Below are positions 1 through 53,390 of a stretch of 64,000 nt of DNA, piece by piece. The stretch spans positions 6,956,202-7,020,201 of the forward strand of contig CM082588.2 in assembly GCA_040954595.2 (NCBI GenBank), in the 5' to 3' direction. Source of the DNA: Balanoglossus misakiensis (taxonomy: Eukaryota > Animalia > Hemichordata). Every line of letters starts with the position of its first letter. Position 1 is the stretch's first letter. The translations under genes and the position numbers were made by a program. The notes below the pieces were generated by a model. That model made no database searches, was not told the origin of the DNA, and was given only the letters and a program-made list of their open reading frames with translations.

Positions 1-174
1 TACCTGGTCTAGTGTTGTTGGTGGTTTCTGGATTATTAAATCATGACATTGAAGTGATTGGGATAGTAAGAAATATTGGAAAAGAAAAGTGACCATTTGA
101 TATGATATATGTTGATAAGATACCCCTAAACTAGCAGATACTGACATGATCTTGAAAATAAATTCCAGTAATAA

Positions 175-34347
<34,173 letters not shown>

Positions 34348-35440
34348 ATGCGTCAATTGGACAAGACCCAAATGGCTCACACTGATCATCAAAAACTGTT
34401 TGTAAACTTATTTTAGCTGTTTATATGGAGTAATAATTTTTATGACTGATGTATTTACGCAATTTTTTCCCCTGAAATGAATGAATGAATAACAAACCCG
34501 TCCATAGATTGTAAATTATGAATATCGGAACATCATTGGTAATGTACATTCTTGTAATATTTCATTCCATTCCAATGTGAAGTCTAACGTTTTCCCGTAT
34601 TTCTTGGTTTGTGAATAAATCAAAGATAAATAGTGATATTTTGTTGGCACTTTTATTGTTTAACGTGGATTTATAAGATATTGTGGACTATTCATAGTAT
34701 TAACAGTCAGTTTCCGTTACAAGAATAAATGTACGGGTTGATGGTGAAAGAACTTAAAAATGGATGCTCTTATCGGCATATGGCAGTAAACACATCACCA
34801 TTGTTTATTTCTTGTGGGACATATCGAGCATTTCATGTAGACATAGTGATCATGTTTTTGTCATCAATGGTTTTCATTCACATTGTACATATTTCTGATT
34901 TGCAACATTGGCTGCACATGGATAAAAACTACTTTGTAAACAATACAATATAAATATGTTTGTATGACATTTTATCCTTATAGTTGAACTGGTGTTGTAG
35001 TTCTAAAATTACTGGCAGAGGGGTAGGTAACACCCTCACCAGCAGAAACAAGTGGCCACTATTTACCTTACTGGCTACTGGACCGAACTAGATGGTACTA
35101 CATGGTAGATGGTACTAAGTACTACATGGTATATTGTGGGCCCACAGCATAGTATGTGTTTCTGTTACAAATGAGCTCAAACACAAAGTTTTATTTATTG
35201 TAATTTTTATTCAGAAAAAAAAGAAAGAAAAAAAAGTTGGTTGAAAAAGTCCATCTGCAACATTGACGCACAGATCTTGCATGCGACTTGAAATAATTGA
35301 TGGATTGCTTGCACAGCTTGGAATGTTCTAGTCACAACTGTTTCTGATACACATGTATCCATATTCCATAAATTGACTTTTCTGACTGGTGCAATGTTCA
35401 AGCCACTAAAAACAATGATGCAGGATTTCAACCAAACGGC

Positions 35441-40405
<4,965 letters not shown>

Positions 40406-40959
40406 GGCGAAATAGCGAAGCATAAGCAACTTCGCGATAACAAAGGTTCTTTTCTGTTCTGTTGACGACAACAACACTGCATCCGCGTATCCAACTTTTG
40501 TTCCAACTTCCATGGTAACAGACAGACGCGTTTGATGATGATATTTTACTCATTTTCATTCACGCTGTTACTGTAATGTCGTGAACATGAACTGTGTCAC
40601 CGCCTGTTGTTTCGATCTCTCTCCAGGATGACTTGAAAATGCGTCCCATACTGTCTCAATTTGTGAAACAGACATTCGCGTTTTTCCTTGGATTGAAATT
40701 AACAGCAGACGACCAAAAATGGCCGTGGGTCAAAGGTCATATTTTTTGCTGGCATTAATTTGACGCCTGGTGGCGCTCTTAACGTGAGCGCAGGGATGCC
40801 ACGCCTGCGCAGTGATGCGCTCGCTCGTACATGGGCCCATACCTCCTTATTTTTAGTCACAACGTAAAGCAACTTGGAAAGTTTACACAGCACGTATACC
40901 GCATCAAACTTGGCGTTGATTTGAAGCCTACGCAACTGAACCACGGTCGAGTTACTATG

Positions 40960-41142
40960 ACTAAAGGGGCCCATGGATGACTTTACCAATGAATCAACGA
41001 TGAGAAGTAAAGTGCCTTTCTCAAGGGCACAACATAGAGGCAATGAAGTTACCATCCTCAGAAAATCAAGACCATGTCTGGGTCTGGGTATTGAATCCAT
41101 AACCCTCCGATTGTGAGTCTGGTACCTGAGCCAATTGGCCTC
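40960..41142 (-). mobile_element. Degenerate tRNA-derived SINE
   Basis: Minus strand shows an A-box-like GGCCAATTGG, a B-box-like GGATTCAATACC, then the SINE core-like GTTGTGCCCTTGAGAAAGGCACTTTAC. Confidence 0.55.
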
Positions 41143-41627
41143 CTCATTATGTTTGGTTTGGACTAATGATGACACCATATAGACAAATGCAATTAAATAC
41201 ATTGCATTTAAGTCATAGTTTATTTTAATAGAGAGAGAGACAAACAGACTCAGTAACATGTTACAGAACAGCTGGCTTGCCAGTGATCGCAAATTCACAA
41301 CTACCGGGCATAGCAAATGATGAAAACATAGCATTGATAATAGCTACAATATATTGTAAATGAGAGGAAGCTTAATTTATTCCTTCGGGAATTGTGTTTG
41401 GACTAGTACTATGCGACTTTGGGCCTTGTCAATCATCAACAATATATTAAAGTACAGCATGCTAACGCAAAACACATTGAAAGTCAAATATAATCATTAC
41501 ACATTATTTCTATCCGTCACATGAGTCAAGCAGAAATGAACAAGGGAATTTAAAAAGCTTCAGTACTTTGGCCAAATATCAATTGAGCAGATGAAAATGT
41601 TGTACACTGTCCAATTTGCTTTATAGT

Positions 41628-42702
41628 TTAGGTGTGGTTGTCGTTCTGCGCAGCGTCGCTCTGGCCCTCAGCGGGTTTGGCAGAGATGTAACTTTTGTGA
41701 ACGATGAACATTGTGATCCCCATCTTGGTGAGGATCTCGCCGTTTCGATTGTAACAGTTCTCCGGGGCCTTGTAGTGGAACAGGGCAGCGTCCAATAGGT
41801 GCGCGGGCGCCCTCTCGCGGAATTTGATGGCGCTGGACAGGTAGTCCAGCAGCGCCTTGCCCGCTTCAGATTTGTCGTCGTAGATTTCCGACACGTCGGC
41901 CACGATTGACAGGTCGTGTTTGGAGTACCGCCAGCTGTTCTTGGTCAGTGTCTCCTCGACCTCGGAGGCGTGTCTGGAAAATCGCCCCGACATGAATTTC
42001 TCCAAGAGTCTGGCTCGTGTGTTGTCATCTGTAATGAATAGAGAGAGGAATTATATTTTATTGTGGAAGCACATTTGCATTTGAAACGCACGTTTTGAAT
42101 TAATATGATGTAATCGTAACAGACTGGCGACTAGGTACTTAAGCCACAGACGTTCGTAGACGTTGAGCGTTTTCGAATTATAAGACAAGCCGCTGTACTA
42201 GACTTATCTGGTGGTTTCTTAGAATCCAACCGTTATGCATAACATTTGCATAAATTATACTGTTATATTTATTACAAAAAACGCAAGCTGTTTTTACATC
42301 AATGTTAAATTTGCTTGACTCTGGCTAAGTTATTGGCGGTGATGGTGATGTAAGACATTTCTTTAAACGCCTAACCCCTTCCAAGTAAACATTCTAATTC
42401 TAGGCTAACATTGGGTCGAATTGGGTGTGTTATTAGCTTTACAGCAAAAAGACAGACGTCATTTCTTAGTGGTCCAGGAGATACATTGTTTGTCGTAAAT
42501 TAAGACAGAAATCTCTAAAAACAAAAACTCCCACCTGAATTTACACAGATAAGAAGGACGCCCCCAGGTTTCACGGCTTCGTAGTAGGAAACAATGGTTT
42601 CTTCCAAATCCTTCGAGAAGTACAGGGCCTGCATTAAGTGTACCATGTGGTATTGCGATGCTTCGTCTAAACCTTCTTTCATCTCAGCCTGCAAAAGATA
42701 AT

Positions 42703-42784
<82 letters not shown>

Positions 42785-42858
42785 ACAACAACGACATAAT
42801 CATCATCAACATCATCATCAACAACAACAACAACAACAACATCACTATTAACAACGAT

Positions 42859-42914
<56 letters not shown>

Positions 42915-45516
42915 CACCACCACCATCTTCATCACCACCATCATCAAAATATACATGTATATACATGGGTGCTATCTGCAGTTAAAGATCTAGTAACATT
43001 TAAATGCAAACACAGCGTTTGTACCTTAAATTCGTCCGGCGTCATGGCGCTCCAGTCCATCTTCAGAGCGATTCCACGCTTATTCCTCAGAGCCTTTTCG
43101 TATTTCTTCTTGATTTCTGCTACGTCATCCATGGGCTCAATGAAATTACAATACATGGATCTCTGGTTCTTGTACGTATTCTTAGGTTCGCGTGTACTTG
43201 TCCACTGTCTTATATTTCTTAGTATGGTTATGTTCACAAATTCTGAAGAAAAAAAATGTTTGATACATGTGAACGGACAAAATCACCCTAGAGCGAAAAT
43301 CGGTAAACGTGTAAATCGCAAAATTCCGCGGTAGCTACGGCAAAATGTGTATATACACATTTCTAGAACATTTCAAAATAGATTGTACCTAACCACACAA
43401 ATTTGATATACATTTAAGGGAATGTACAATAAGAAACGGAAAAATACATCAATAATGTAGGTTCCTCTGTGATTTCATATTTTAAAAGTAAAAATAAAGC
43501 CACAAAAGTTTTCATTTAATCTGTCACGTACGCATTTACGTTAATACTTCCTCTTGAATTTTTATGCGTAATTATTTGTTGTAAAACGCGTCGTCGAACT
43601 AGTACGGGGTGAAAAATTCATATCTTTTGTTTCATTTGTTTTGCTCAGAACACATTGTGCAGTACAGCTGTCCAGGAAATTGTGAGAGAGAAATCATTTT
43701 CTTCGTCGTTAAATTTGTATTCATATTCAGCGCCCACGGATTAATCAGAGCGACATCATGTACATTTACAAACGGCGCCTGAAGACTAGCCTTATTGCTA
43801 AACGATTGGATATTTGGCTGGCGCATACATCATAAAATCTGTCAATTAAACGGAGAATCACGGGGCAGCTGCGCGGAAATTTCCAACAGTTTAATAGTCT
43901 GCATTTGCATTGTGGCCGTGGTGTCTATTGTAGTGCATAGAATTCCTCTAGGCCAACTGGAAATCGTTGCGTTTCCTAAGGAAGGTGGAACTGATTAAGC
44001 ATTCAAAGATGTCAAAAAATGAGTCGATGTCAGAGTGATTCAGAAGGAAATACTAGTTTCCAAATGCAGGGGTATTGAGACACAGGCACGGTTAATTGAG
44101 AGCACATAAAGATATAGAGACATATCGGCAAGAAAATCTTAGCTGTAGTTCATACATGTACAAATGCTGTCAGATACCCAAGTAAAAGTGAGGTAGATTG
44201 GGACAGAGACAGACAGACAGAGACAGACAGACTATCGGTAATTATCGGAGACAAAATGTTAAAAAATAATTTTTCCAGTGTGTTTTCTCTTAATCCTTTC
44301 ATATAATTGACTGACTAGTCAAGTATCGCGGAACATAGAGTAACTGCATAGGGAATGCACAGATACATGTAGTGTTCACATAGCATTTCTGGTCCGGACT
44401 TTTTTCATTGCTGTCAGCACGGTAGAAACTGCTACAGCCACCAAACATCAGTTTTAAGAGCCGTGAAATAGCTCATCATCAGGAGGCACAATATGAACTC
44501 ACCCGCCCCCGGACCAACAGCCAAAACTCGAAAACAGTCGTCCTTGGGGGTCAGTTCCTGCAGGACACCTGGCAACTGCTGGTCCAGCCAATAGCTGATA
44601 ACCTCCCACTGATTGGACAGGTCGTAGTATTTTTTCATGGCGTAGTAAGAGTACGTGCTGATACGACCAATGGTGTCTCGGGCATTACTGGTTGCTGAAA
44701 GACAAAACAAAGAAGATTAAACACGTTGCTATAGTAATCCCCTGGCCTACCCACCCCAAACAACAACAACAAAGCAAGCAAGCAAGCAAACAAACAAACA
44801 AACAAAACAATCGTACGCGTCATTTTAAATTTAGATTACTGCAGAAAATTTCATTTGCATAAAATCTATCACTTGTCGTACGGGAGTCGATACGCCTATC
44901 ATTGCCCAATGTGTCGTTGCTCGAAAATACTAAATTTAATAACTCCCATTTTATTGCGTCACAATACTTCGATTATATATTGATGTCATTTCCTGAGATT
45001 AATTACAAAGTCGGGCCAGAGGTAGACAGGTGCTCTGGTATGGTCAGGCACTCCTTTCCCATGCAGTGCTGGTGGATATTGTAAAACCCGGTCGCCAATT
45101 TTGTGACGAGGGAAGATTTCTATGTGCCCCCCCCCCTCCCCTCGCTCACTAGGCGTTTTGTCAAACTACCGCACAATTATCGGAGATGTCTCTGACATTC
45201 GGAAAAAAAGTGACGACAGAAGTGTGTTTGGAAGATCTTCTTATACGAATACACAAATCTACAAGTACTGTGTGTGCAGAACTTTGAAATGATTGCTCAG
45301 TATGCGTATAATATTATCACAGCAGTGACAGATCATTGTAAACGTTTAAATTGACAGAAGTATATGGCATTGTCGATCTTGAGTAGTTTCAGTCCTAGAT
45401 ATGTGAGCAAGTTGTAAGAAAAAAAAATTCAAAATGTAAAAGTGAAGTAACGAAGATGATCAGAAGACGGAAGGAAAATTACTTCAATACATGATGGAAT
45501 ACTCACCTTCGTCCAT
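41628..45516 (-). CDS. Histamine N-methyltransferase-like class I SAM-dependent methyltransferase, ~324 aa, 5 exons
   Basis: Exons 45516-45507 (MDE, tentative), 44694-44503 (motif I FRVLAVGPGAE), 43242-43025 (NFIEP), 42688-42535 (YHMVHLMQALYFSKD...VKPGGVLLI), 42028-41628 (DVSEIYDDKSEAGKALLDYL). Confidence 0.75.
42702..42945. repeat. (ATC)n/(AAC)n microsatellite
   Basis: Seen directly; lies in an HNMT-like intron. Confidence 0.95.
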
Positions 45517-48500
45517 GCCTAACAAATCTGGTTCTTTTCTCAGAACCGTGTCCAAGAGTAGAAAATCTAACTCCTTCAATATGATAGGAACTCTTCTCAG
45601 CTCTATCGGTTCAAACCTGTCAGGAAGATTCAGTTTTATTATTTATTAACCTATGACACCCGACGACCAATGATGTACTCGGCGCCGCATTGGCTCAAAA
45701 TTGTGACTTTATTGAATATGACTAATTTACTGGCCATATTTGGAGAGGTCAGAGGTCGATGACAAAACTGTATGGCGACCGGGGTGATCTATCTGCGCAG
45801 TCGACTGACAAAATGGTGTCATTCGGTCAGGTCTGGGGAAGCAGGCGAATCCTGTCACGTGACTGCCAAGCTTATAATATATTCATAACAGCTGTCCACA
45901 CTTGTTCAGTCCCATAATGTTGTTGTTCTCTTATTTACGGAAGGCACAGAGACGCTCTATTGAAAATGCAAGACAATGGATTAAATGTAGTATTTCATAA
46001 CGATTTATATCTCCCTGTACGAATAACAAGAGAGAATAATACGAATTCAAAATTCAATTCTCACAACCAAGGTTTACACTAAGACATGTCGGATAGCTAC
46101 AAAACTAAAATTATTTTCTCCCGTTTTTCATTCAATAAACGCTCAAAATATGAACCTAAAGCCCGGGCCATACATCTGTTGTTGTTTTTTCTAATCCATT
46201 GCTTGGCCACAAATTCAAACGTCTTTATTATAAACGATCGACGACATGCTTTGAAAAGCCAAGATCCAGCTACGAATGGACTTAGCACTTTGAAACTGGA
46301 AGATCTCTTTCAAATTTCATAGCTACATGACTTTGAAGCGAGTTGTGCTATTCGCACAACGTGTAAAGGCGACTTGAATAGCGACCCAACCACATGTTCA
46401 TTCTGCTGTAAATAAAAACGGGCGATATAAATATAACTCTTTGTTTTAGCATGTTTTCATTAACATTGCCCTTGTGTATATGCTAATGCACTGTCCAGTA
46501 TTCTTACTGTGGCTAATGATTCCCCGCGTTAACTTAACCAGTCTGTATCGCCACATGCATGTACAACACAGAACCTTTTGGGCTTTTTTTGGGGGGGGGG
46601 GGGGGTTGCGTTTACAATTATTAGTCGTTTGGAATGAAAATTACAGTAAGATCACAATGAGCGTGAGAGATTTTTGGCAGTGATGGACGTCATCGGTAGG
46701 GGACAGGGCGACAGACGTTGGTGTGAAAATGTTTTCTAATCATCCCAAAAAATATCTGTAATACAGAAGAAAAAAACTCCTGGAATTGACCCGCTGGCGA
46801 TTTGACGGAACTTATTCACTTCGAATGGAATGTATGAAAGCTGTGAATGAATGAATGTGATTGTTATTATTAATATTAAAAAATTAATGCTGTTATTTAA
46901 AAACAATAGGTGACTTACTGCTTTTCCGGTGACTTTTTTCGCTGTGAACTCATTTCACCACTAATTAGACACTCGAACGGAAATCGTCAAAATGCAGCTA
47001 TGTCTAATAAATGAACTCCTATTTCCTCTCTCGAGCTGCTGCATGTTTTAGCGCGTAAGCTTTCAAGTTTTAAAGGGTTACAACCAATGCATGTTAAGTG
47101 TACGTGGACAAACTTCATTCGAAACCAATTTGTGACTTAAACGGTTAATCAAACAGTGTGTAAAATTCGCTGTCTGTGGTGACGGTCAAATTCCACCCTG
47201 TACTTTCCAGTACAGTGTGAAGGAAATACTAGTACCCCTCCTGTAGAAAAGTGCTTCGGTCGGAAGACATTGATGATGGAATATTTAGAGAGTGCAATAA
47301 AAACTAATCAAGGATGGAATGAATCTTGTGATTACGACACAAAACTGACACAAATGGAAGTCAATTTACAGAACCTACCGATGCGAACACCTGCCGTTTC
47401 CCGCCTCGTCCATTTTGTCGGCGTAATGAGACTTGAACAGTGACGACACCCCAGATCAAACTTCACTTACACAATCACACTGACAAAGTATATCTGTTTT
47501 AGACCCTGCGCTTTCAATAACCCTTCAGTTTAATTTCCTTTTGATAACAGACGTTCACATCACTGGCGTCTGTGTCAATGGTCATGAGTGTTGAGTTATG
47601 CATATTCAGTTAATGCTGAATTATTATGCATATTATTAGTATGGGGCGTTTGTTAAATTGGTCCTGGCGATAATGGAAAATAATTCAGACGTACGCATGC
47701 GCAGTCAGTCTACCCCGTCAAGTTATTCCAGAACGTGAAAGTACACCCAGGACTTGAGAGAGATGGTTTAGAATCATGGTTATTTTTTTGAAGCTATCGA
47801 TTTGTGTGCCTTATATTATAGCACAATGAAGCTTATTCGTTGTATTGTAACAATCTCTTAATATTTTAGGTTGGCTACATAATATTACACGTGTTACCAT
47901 TATAACTAGTCTGTCAATACACGCATGTACCAATTTCGTCCATGACGAAGTGCCCAATGCTAAGTTTAAAATTATGTAAGCTATGCGTGTATAATTTTCT
48001 TTTAATCATGGCAAATATCAAGGTACGTTTCAAACTCAGACGAGCGTCGAAATTGCAACTAAACTGCCCGTCCAGGTTTAATAGGGAAATGCCCGAGTTA
48101 GTGAATCAGGAGTAAAGATAAGTTCGATTTTTTGATGATGACAAGGCATATTCCATACCATAGTGGATTTTTTTTAAATGGCGGTATAGTATCTAGTCTT
48201 GATGCTGACCTAAAAGACGTGTCAGTGTTAAATATGCGATACATGTACATACATAATACTGGCGACATATGTTGTTGGGTGAATCTTGTTAAGTCATTGC
48301 ATTAGTACACTATGACACATGCTATTGAATGACAATGACAGACTACAAGATGGCGTCATATTTTAGAGGAAAAATCGTTTTATATTATAACATAGCCGTG
48401 TGACTGAGAAACCATCTAGGATATTGTAGGTGATATATTAACATCTTTGCATTAGATACTTTTAGATAGAACGTGTGAGTGTGCCACTGACATTTGTAAC

Positions 48501-48972
48501 GTATATCATATATGTTTGCAATCCAATGTGCAATACGGGCATACTCGTGTAGGTGATTTCAAGGTAGAAGTAAGTTGTTAGATCTAGGAGATCATCAGTC
48601 TGGTTTGTTATATAGATTTTGTCGTTGTTTACATGGGTATTTTGGCAGTGTTCATATTTGTTTATTGTTCTGTTATTTTTTTTACGCATTCTGCGTTCTC
48701 GCGAGCTGGAGACATCTACCTTCGCAACGCAGTTGCCGTAAAGAGGTCGTGGTTTACGACGATGCGCAATCCGCTGTAAGATAGAGGGCGTCGTTACATT
48801 TGCTTGGTCTCGCCTGTACGTTCGCGTTTTGTGCTGATATCCAGATGCTAGTTATAGTATAGGTATATCTGTTCGCTTCTGTCGCTGATGCATTTCATAT
48901 AGCGCCTCCGAACCGCCATGTCCTACCGCCAGCGGCGCAGTATGCATTTGCGAAGCCGAACGAGGTGTGGCC

Positions 48973-49375
48973 TAGTCTCGGTTACCCAGACCCCCCTGCT
49001 TCTTCCGTTGGGCACTCCTGCTTTTCCCAGAAAGAGGGTCTGGGGAAACCCCATAGACAAATCTCCGGGCAAAGATGGCCGACTCGGGACAAAAGCAATG
49101 CATGATGGTCAACATTTATGACATTTGATATTATGACATGACGATATTAGAAAACTATTTACCAAACTTCCCTCTCTCTTTTCAATTTATAGACAGTTTC
49201 AGCAGGTCCAGCACTTCTCAGCATGTTTTGTTTATGTTAAAGGCTGCAACCATCATGCATCGCTTTTGTCTGAAGTCGGCCATCTTTGCCCGGAGATTTG
49301 TCTATGGGGTTTTCCCAGACCCTCTTTCTGGAGTGGCCAACGGAAGAAGCAGGGGGGTCTGGGTAACCGAGACTA
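48973..49375. mobile_element. 403-bp non-autonomous DNA transposon with long imperfect TIRs and a 9-bp TSD (AcademH-like or MULE-like)
   Basis: TSD GGTGTGGCC at 48964-48972 and 49376-49384; ends TAGTCTCGGTTACCCAGACCCCCCTGCTTCTTCCGTTGG / reverse complement. Solo TIR ends at ~19028 and ~50012. Confidence 0.85.
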
Positions 49376-50071
49376 GGTGTGGCCGGAAAAAGAAACTGCG
49401 TGTATTGTGTCGCTGTCTTCTTAGAATAGCTGCTTTGCTAATCACTTCCAGGTTCGAGTACGAAAGCACATAATGGTGTCAGAAGTACATGTAGTTAAAA
49501 CGGGCCAAAAAGATCAAATAGCATTCCCTCTGCGAGCTGGTTTTAGAAATACATCATTCATTTAAAAAAAAATTCAAATATTTTAAAATTGCAGTTTATT
49601 CACTAGATACAATATTAGCAAAGATCAGTGTATCGTTAGAAAGTTTCATAAAATTTGATAGTACTGCAATGCTGAAATAATAATTATAATAATAATAATA
49701 ACAACTTTATTTCAGGAAATATGCAAGACACAAAAGTGTACGCAAAAAACATATACAAATAGTAATAAAAGGAATATTTAAAAATAAATACTTCTATACT
49801 CTAGAGTATGTTTATACAGATAATTGCAGAAATTATTAAATAGGTAAAAGTGCGACCCCAAGTTCTGAGAGATCCCTGTCCACACAATATCAGTAACAAG
49901 TTCGGTCATTATTAATATGAACACTATTCTTAATTGAATTTGTTTACAAATTACAATGACCATAAAAGTTTATCGAAATAATAAAGTAGATAAAAGGCAA
50001 TTTAGAAGTAACCTGGGTAACCGAGACTAAAGTAACACGTGCCAATCGTCACGTGTCCCGAAACTTTCACT

Positions 50072-53000
50072 TCAGTTAATACTATTAACCTGTTTTGGTA
50101 TTTGCTGTAGTGACGACAAATATGTTGTTTTCCGCTTAAGAAGATTCCTTTCTGACGCTGCTGCAGTTGACCACGCTGAGCCCCCAGAAGCGATGAAAAC
50201 ATTTGCTTCTGAAATGATAATACTCGGAATTTTAGTCAGCGTACATGCAAACAATTTGCCTTAAAATATCTGGCACAAAATCAAAGTAGTTAGAACACGT
50301 CACACTATTGGCTGAACTTACGTTTGATGACTTCCTGTTCAACTAACGATATGACGTAATTGTCGTCACTGTAGGAAGCAATGCTGGAGATGTTCGCTAT
50401 CAAGTCTTTCTTCGTGAATAGCCGAGGAACGTGTGGTCTCAGAATATTGTACATTGTCTGAAAAGAGAAGGGCGTACGATTAAGTATGTCTTGTCCACAG
50501 AGGGTCATTCGATCGATACTTTAAGTAAACTGCTAATTCCATTTCCATTTCTCTCTTATGCATATTTCCTTTGACCATCTTCGGATTACTACACACCTGC
50601 ATCACTAACTGCAAAAGTTCATTAAATATTTAAATTTGAAAGTGTATTGACAAGAAACTGCAACGTGTCTCTTCATGGGCAATCTTTTAGCGAAGTTTAT
50701 GTCAAAATAGAGCGCGGTATTACCATACGATTTTATTGACTGATGACAAATTTCATGAAAATGACAATAGTAGAAGTGAGTTTTCTAGCCATTCTCAATG
50801 TAATCGTATGGAAAAAGACGAATGCACGCACAGTTTTCCAGTTTTATTTACACATGAATCGGGAAAAGAGATATACCTGGGCAAATTCTGGATAGGCAAG
50901 ATACACACACGAGACTTTCGCCTTCTTCATAAAATCCTTGAAGACTTCAACGAATTTTTTAGATTCACTCTGTAGGTTCAGTCTCCCATAATCACATCCC
51001 TTCGTTTGATTCCATATCATGCACCTGTGTAAATATATACAGACAAATAAATAAAAATTAGGGTTGGTAGGTTGGTAGGGAAATTGTTTTATTTTGCAAT
51101 TTTATTTTATATCTTGGCCGCCGTAGTGTAGAAGAATGACGTCATACTTCTTGCGAGATTCTCCCAATTTTCAAAATAAATTGTATATTTGACATTGTTT
51201 CTACTTCCGGTTAAGGAAGCTCTAAAAAGTTTCGGGTCGGCGGATTAAAATTAGGGTAGGTCGGGTAATCGGAACAACACATATTTTCTATTTGGCCTTA
51301 CATTTTAATAAATTAATTCATTCAATGTCGAGATATATTAGAGTCGGCGTAACAAACCATACTTCTTGGCGAGATATAAACTGCCTTACGTCGTAATTCT
51401 GGCCGTCAATCTTTGGTTTTACATTACTTGCCTTTCTCCAGTTCGATTTCTCCAGTGGAAGCCAAGAAACGGTTTTCCGTCACATATATGTTGCGAGGCT
51501 TCTTGTCCCATTCGACGAATGTAGGGCGCCTTTACCAGACACCTATTGGCAGATTCCGCCAGCTGGTTCCATCGTTTATATGCTAAGTGGTTGTTGCGTC
51601 GATGCCGATAAATGACACAGCGGTACTTGTGCAAATCACTCAATTTTTCTTGGAGTGATTTTCGTCTGGTCTGTGCTCCATTGGCCGCTTTGCTGCCGTT
51701 GTATTCATCCACGTCGATTGGCGTGAAATGTAATCCGGTGTCAAGGAATATGTCTTCAAGTAAATTACCCTTCTTGTGGTCATCATATATCACGGCGCGG
51801 CCTCCACATTCACTGTAGAATTCCCGCGGTGTTGCAACGGACACAAATTGTTTGAGGCGATCGACGTCGAAAGTTTGATTGAAATTTCTTGCTTCCGTGC
51901 CGTTGTCTTGAGTCACATGGTTTCGTATTGGATACAAGACCATAGTGCGATTTTGTAGAACTGCCAGTGGTAGGGTTGTCTTAAATCTTTGGTAGTTGTG
52001 TTGTGGACCAGAGCGAGAATATATGAGAGCGTGCATCAGAAAACGACGGGTGGATAGACTGAAAGGACTGACCGTGGTGGCAACAGTCGGCCTGAAGGGA
52101 GACATATCCTGAAAAAGATAGGAAGTAGTCCATAACTGAGGTTATAATGTTGGATTGCAGTGAAAAAATTATAGTGTTTTTTTTCACAAAGAATACAATT
52201 TTGGTTAATCTTGCAAATATTGTAATTTGCTTTTAAATTACCCAGCGAACACCTTTTTGCTTGAAGCCCATATTTGAGCTGCTGTATATGGTGGTCTAAT
52301 TGTTCAGAAAGCCCCACGAGCAGCCACTTTTTCAGTATTTCATTACTTTACTTTCCAACTTAGATTAGTCCATCTAAGTAAGCTCACTGTCAGGTATACA
52401 TGAACACCTTATCGATGCCCGATTGTGGCTGTACCTTGCAATCTGATCAATTGGTACATGTATATTAAACAGGTGCCGCACCCATTTAATCTGCCTCCAT
52501 ACAAAGAGTACACAACTATCGTGGTATGCGTCGCCAAGAGATGACAAACGGATGCAAATACAAGTTATATGGGTTAATGATGAGGTAGGAAGAAAATTGT
52601 AAATATTTTATTATTGAACATGCGAAATTTGGCAGCTTATGAGGCTTTAATGTTACCAAGAAATCATTATGGTTTTTATCATGAAATTTATGGCGTGTTT
52701 GTTTTTTTTTGAAATATTTGTCAAGGCCATCCATTTGGTTTTAGGCAACGCTGATAAAATGCTCCTGAAAAAACTTTCATGTATTGCAGGATTCTTAAAG
52801 TCCTAACACCTTCTATTTTTGCATTGTCGCGCCAAAGTTCGACACTTTTGTTCGCGACGACCACCTCTTTACGATCAGGTGGAGGGGGGGGGGCTTTTGC
52901 CGGTAGCCATCAATATTTAGGAGTGGCCAGAAATTTCTTAGGTGGAAACAGAGAAAAAAAAACTCACCCGAAAAACACTGGTCTCATTTCCTGACACCCC

Positions 53001-53132
53001 GTGTCTTGCTACATGTACGTGGAAAGTGGTCTTATTTCCCGATGAAGTTATTGTGACCACGGTCAGCATACTGGCAGAGGTCAGAAACAGAAATGTCTTC
53101 TTGAGAATCCCGCTCCATGAATTACTGGTCAT
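50072..53132 (-). CDS. Type II membrane GDP-fucose O-fucosyltransferase-like (O-FucT/POFUT fold) glycosyltransferase, ~420 aa, 5 exons
   Basis: Exons 53132-52968 (signal anchor), 52108-51432 (GPQHNY..., LAVLQNRTMVLYP, FLGFHWR), 51024-50877 (CVYLAYP), 50457-50322 (SLVEQEV), 50208-50072 (ANVFIASGGSAWS). The motif order matches O-FucT-like proteins. Confidence 0.7.
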
Positions 53133-53390
53133 TTTCCTAGACAACAGACTAACGATGGCCTAAGACCAACTGAGGGCACGCGCCTCGGGTACTTGAGTCT
53201 GCATGGATAAATAATACGAAATTCCAGTAATTTCCGACGTTTCTTTGAAGTGGGCCTCTCGTTCTGTGCCGTTGGTTTAGGTAGTCCTGTTTCAAAATGA
53301 CCTACATTACACGTCCTATACACATGTATTACATGTTCTGATTGGTTTATCCGCTTATCTAAGGTCCACTTGTGGCACGCTGATTGGAGG

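Noticed and set aside
40699-41334. 211-aa minus-strand ORF
   Set aside because: Non-ATG start, no recognisable motifs, and it spans a SINE remnant.
46000-48900. Possible hidden gene in the intergenic stretch
   Set aside because: No phase-consistent exon chain or recognisable protein or RNA motif was found by eye; non-coding exons cannot be excluded.
44476-50765. Other CTGATGA occurrences (~44476 and ~48592 minus strand, ~50740 plus strand) as hammerheads
   Set aside because: None has a pairable stem II followed by GAAA and a cleavage triplet with stem I.
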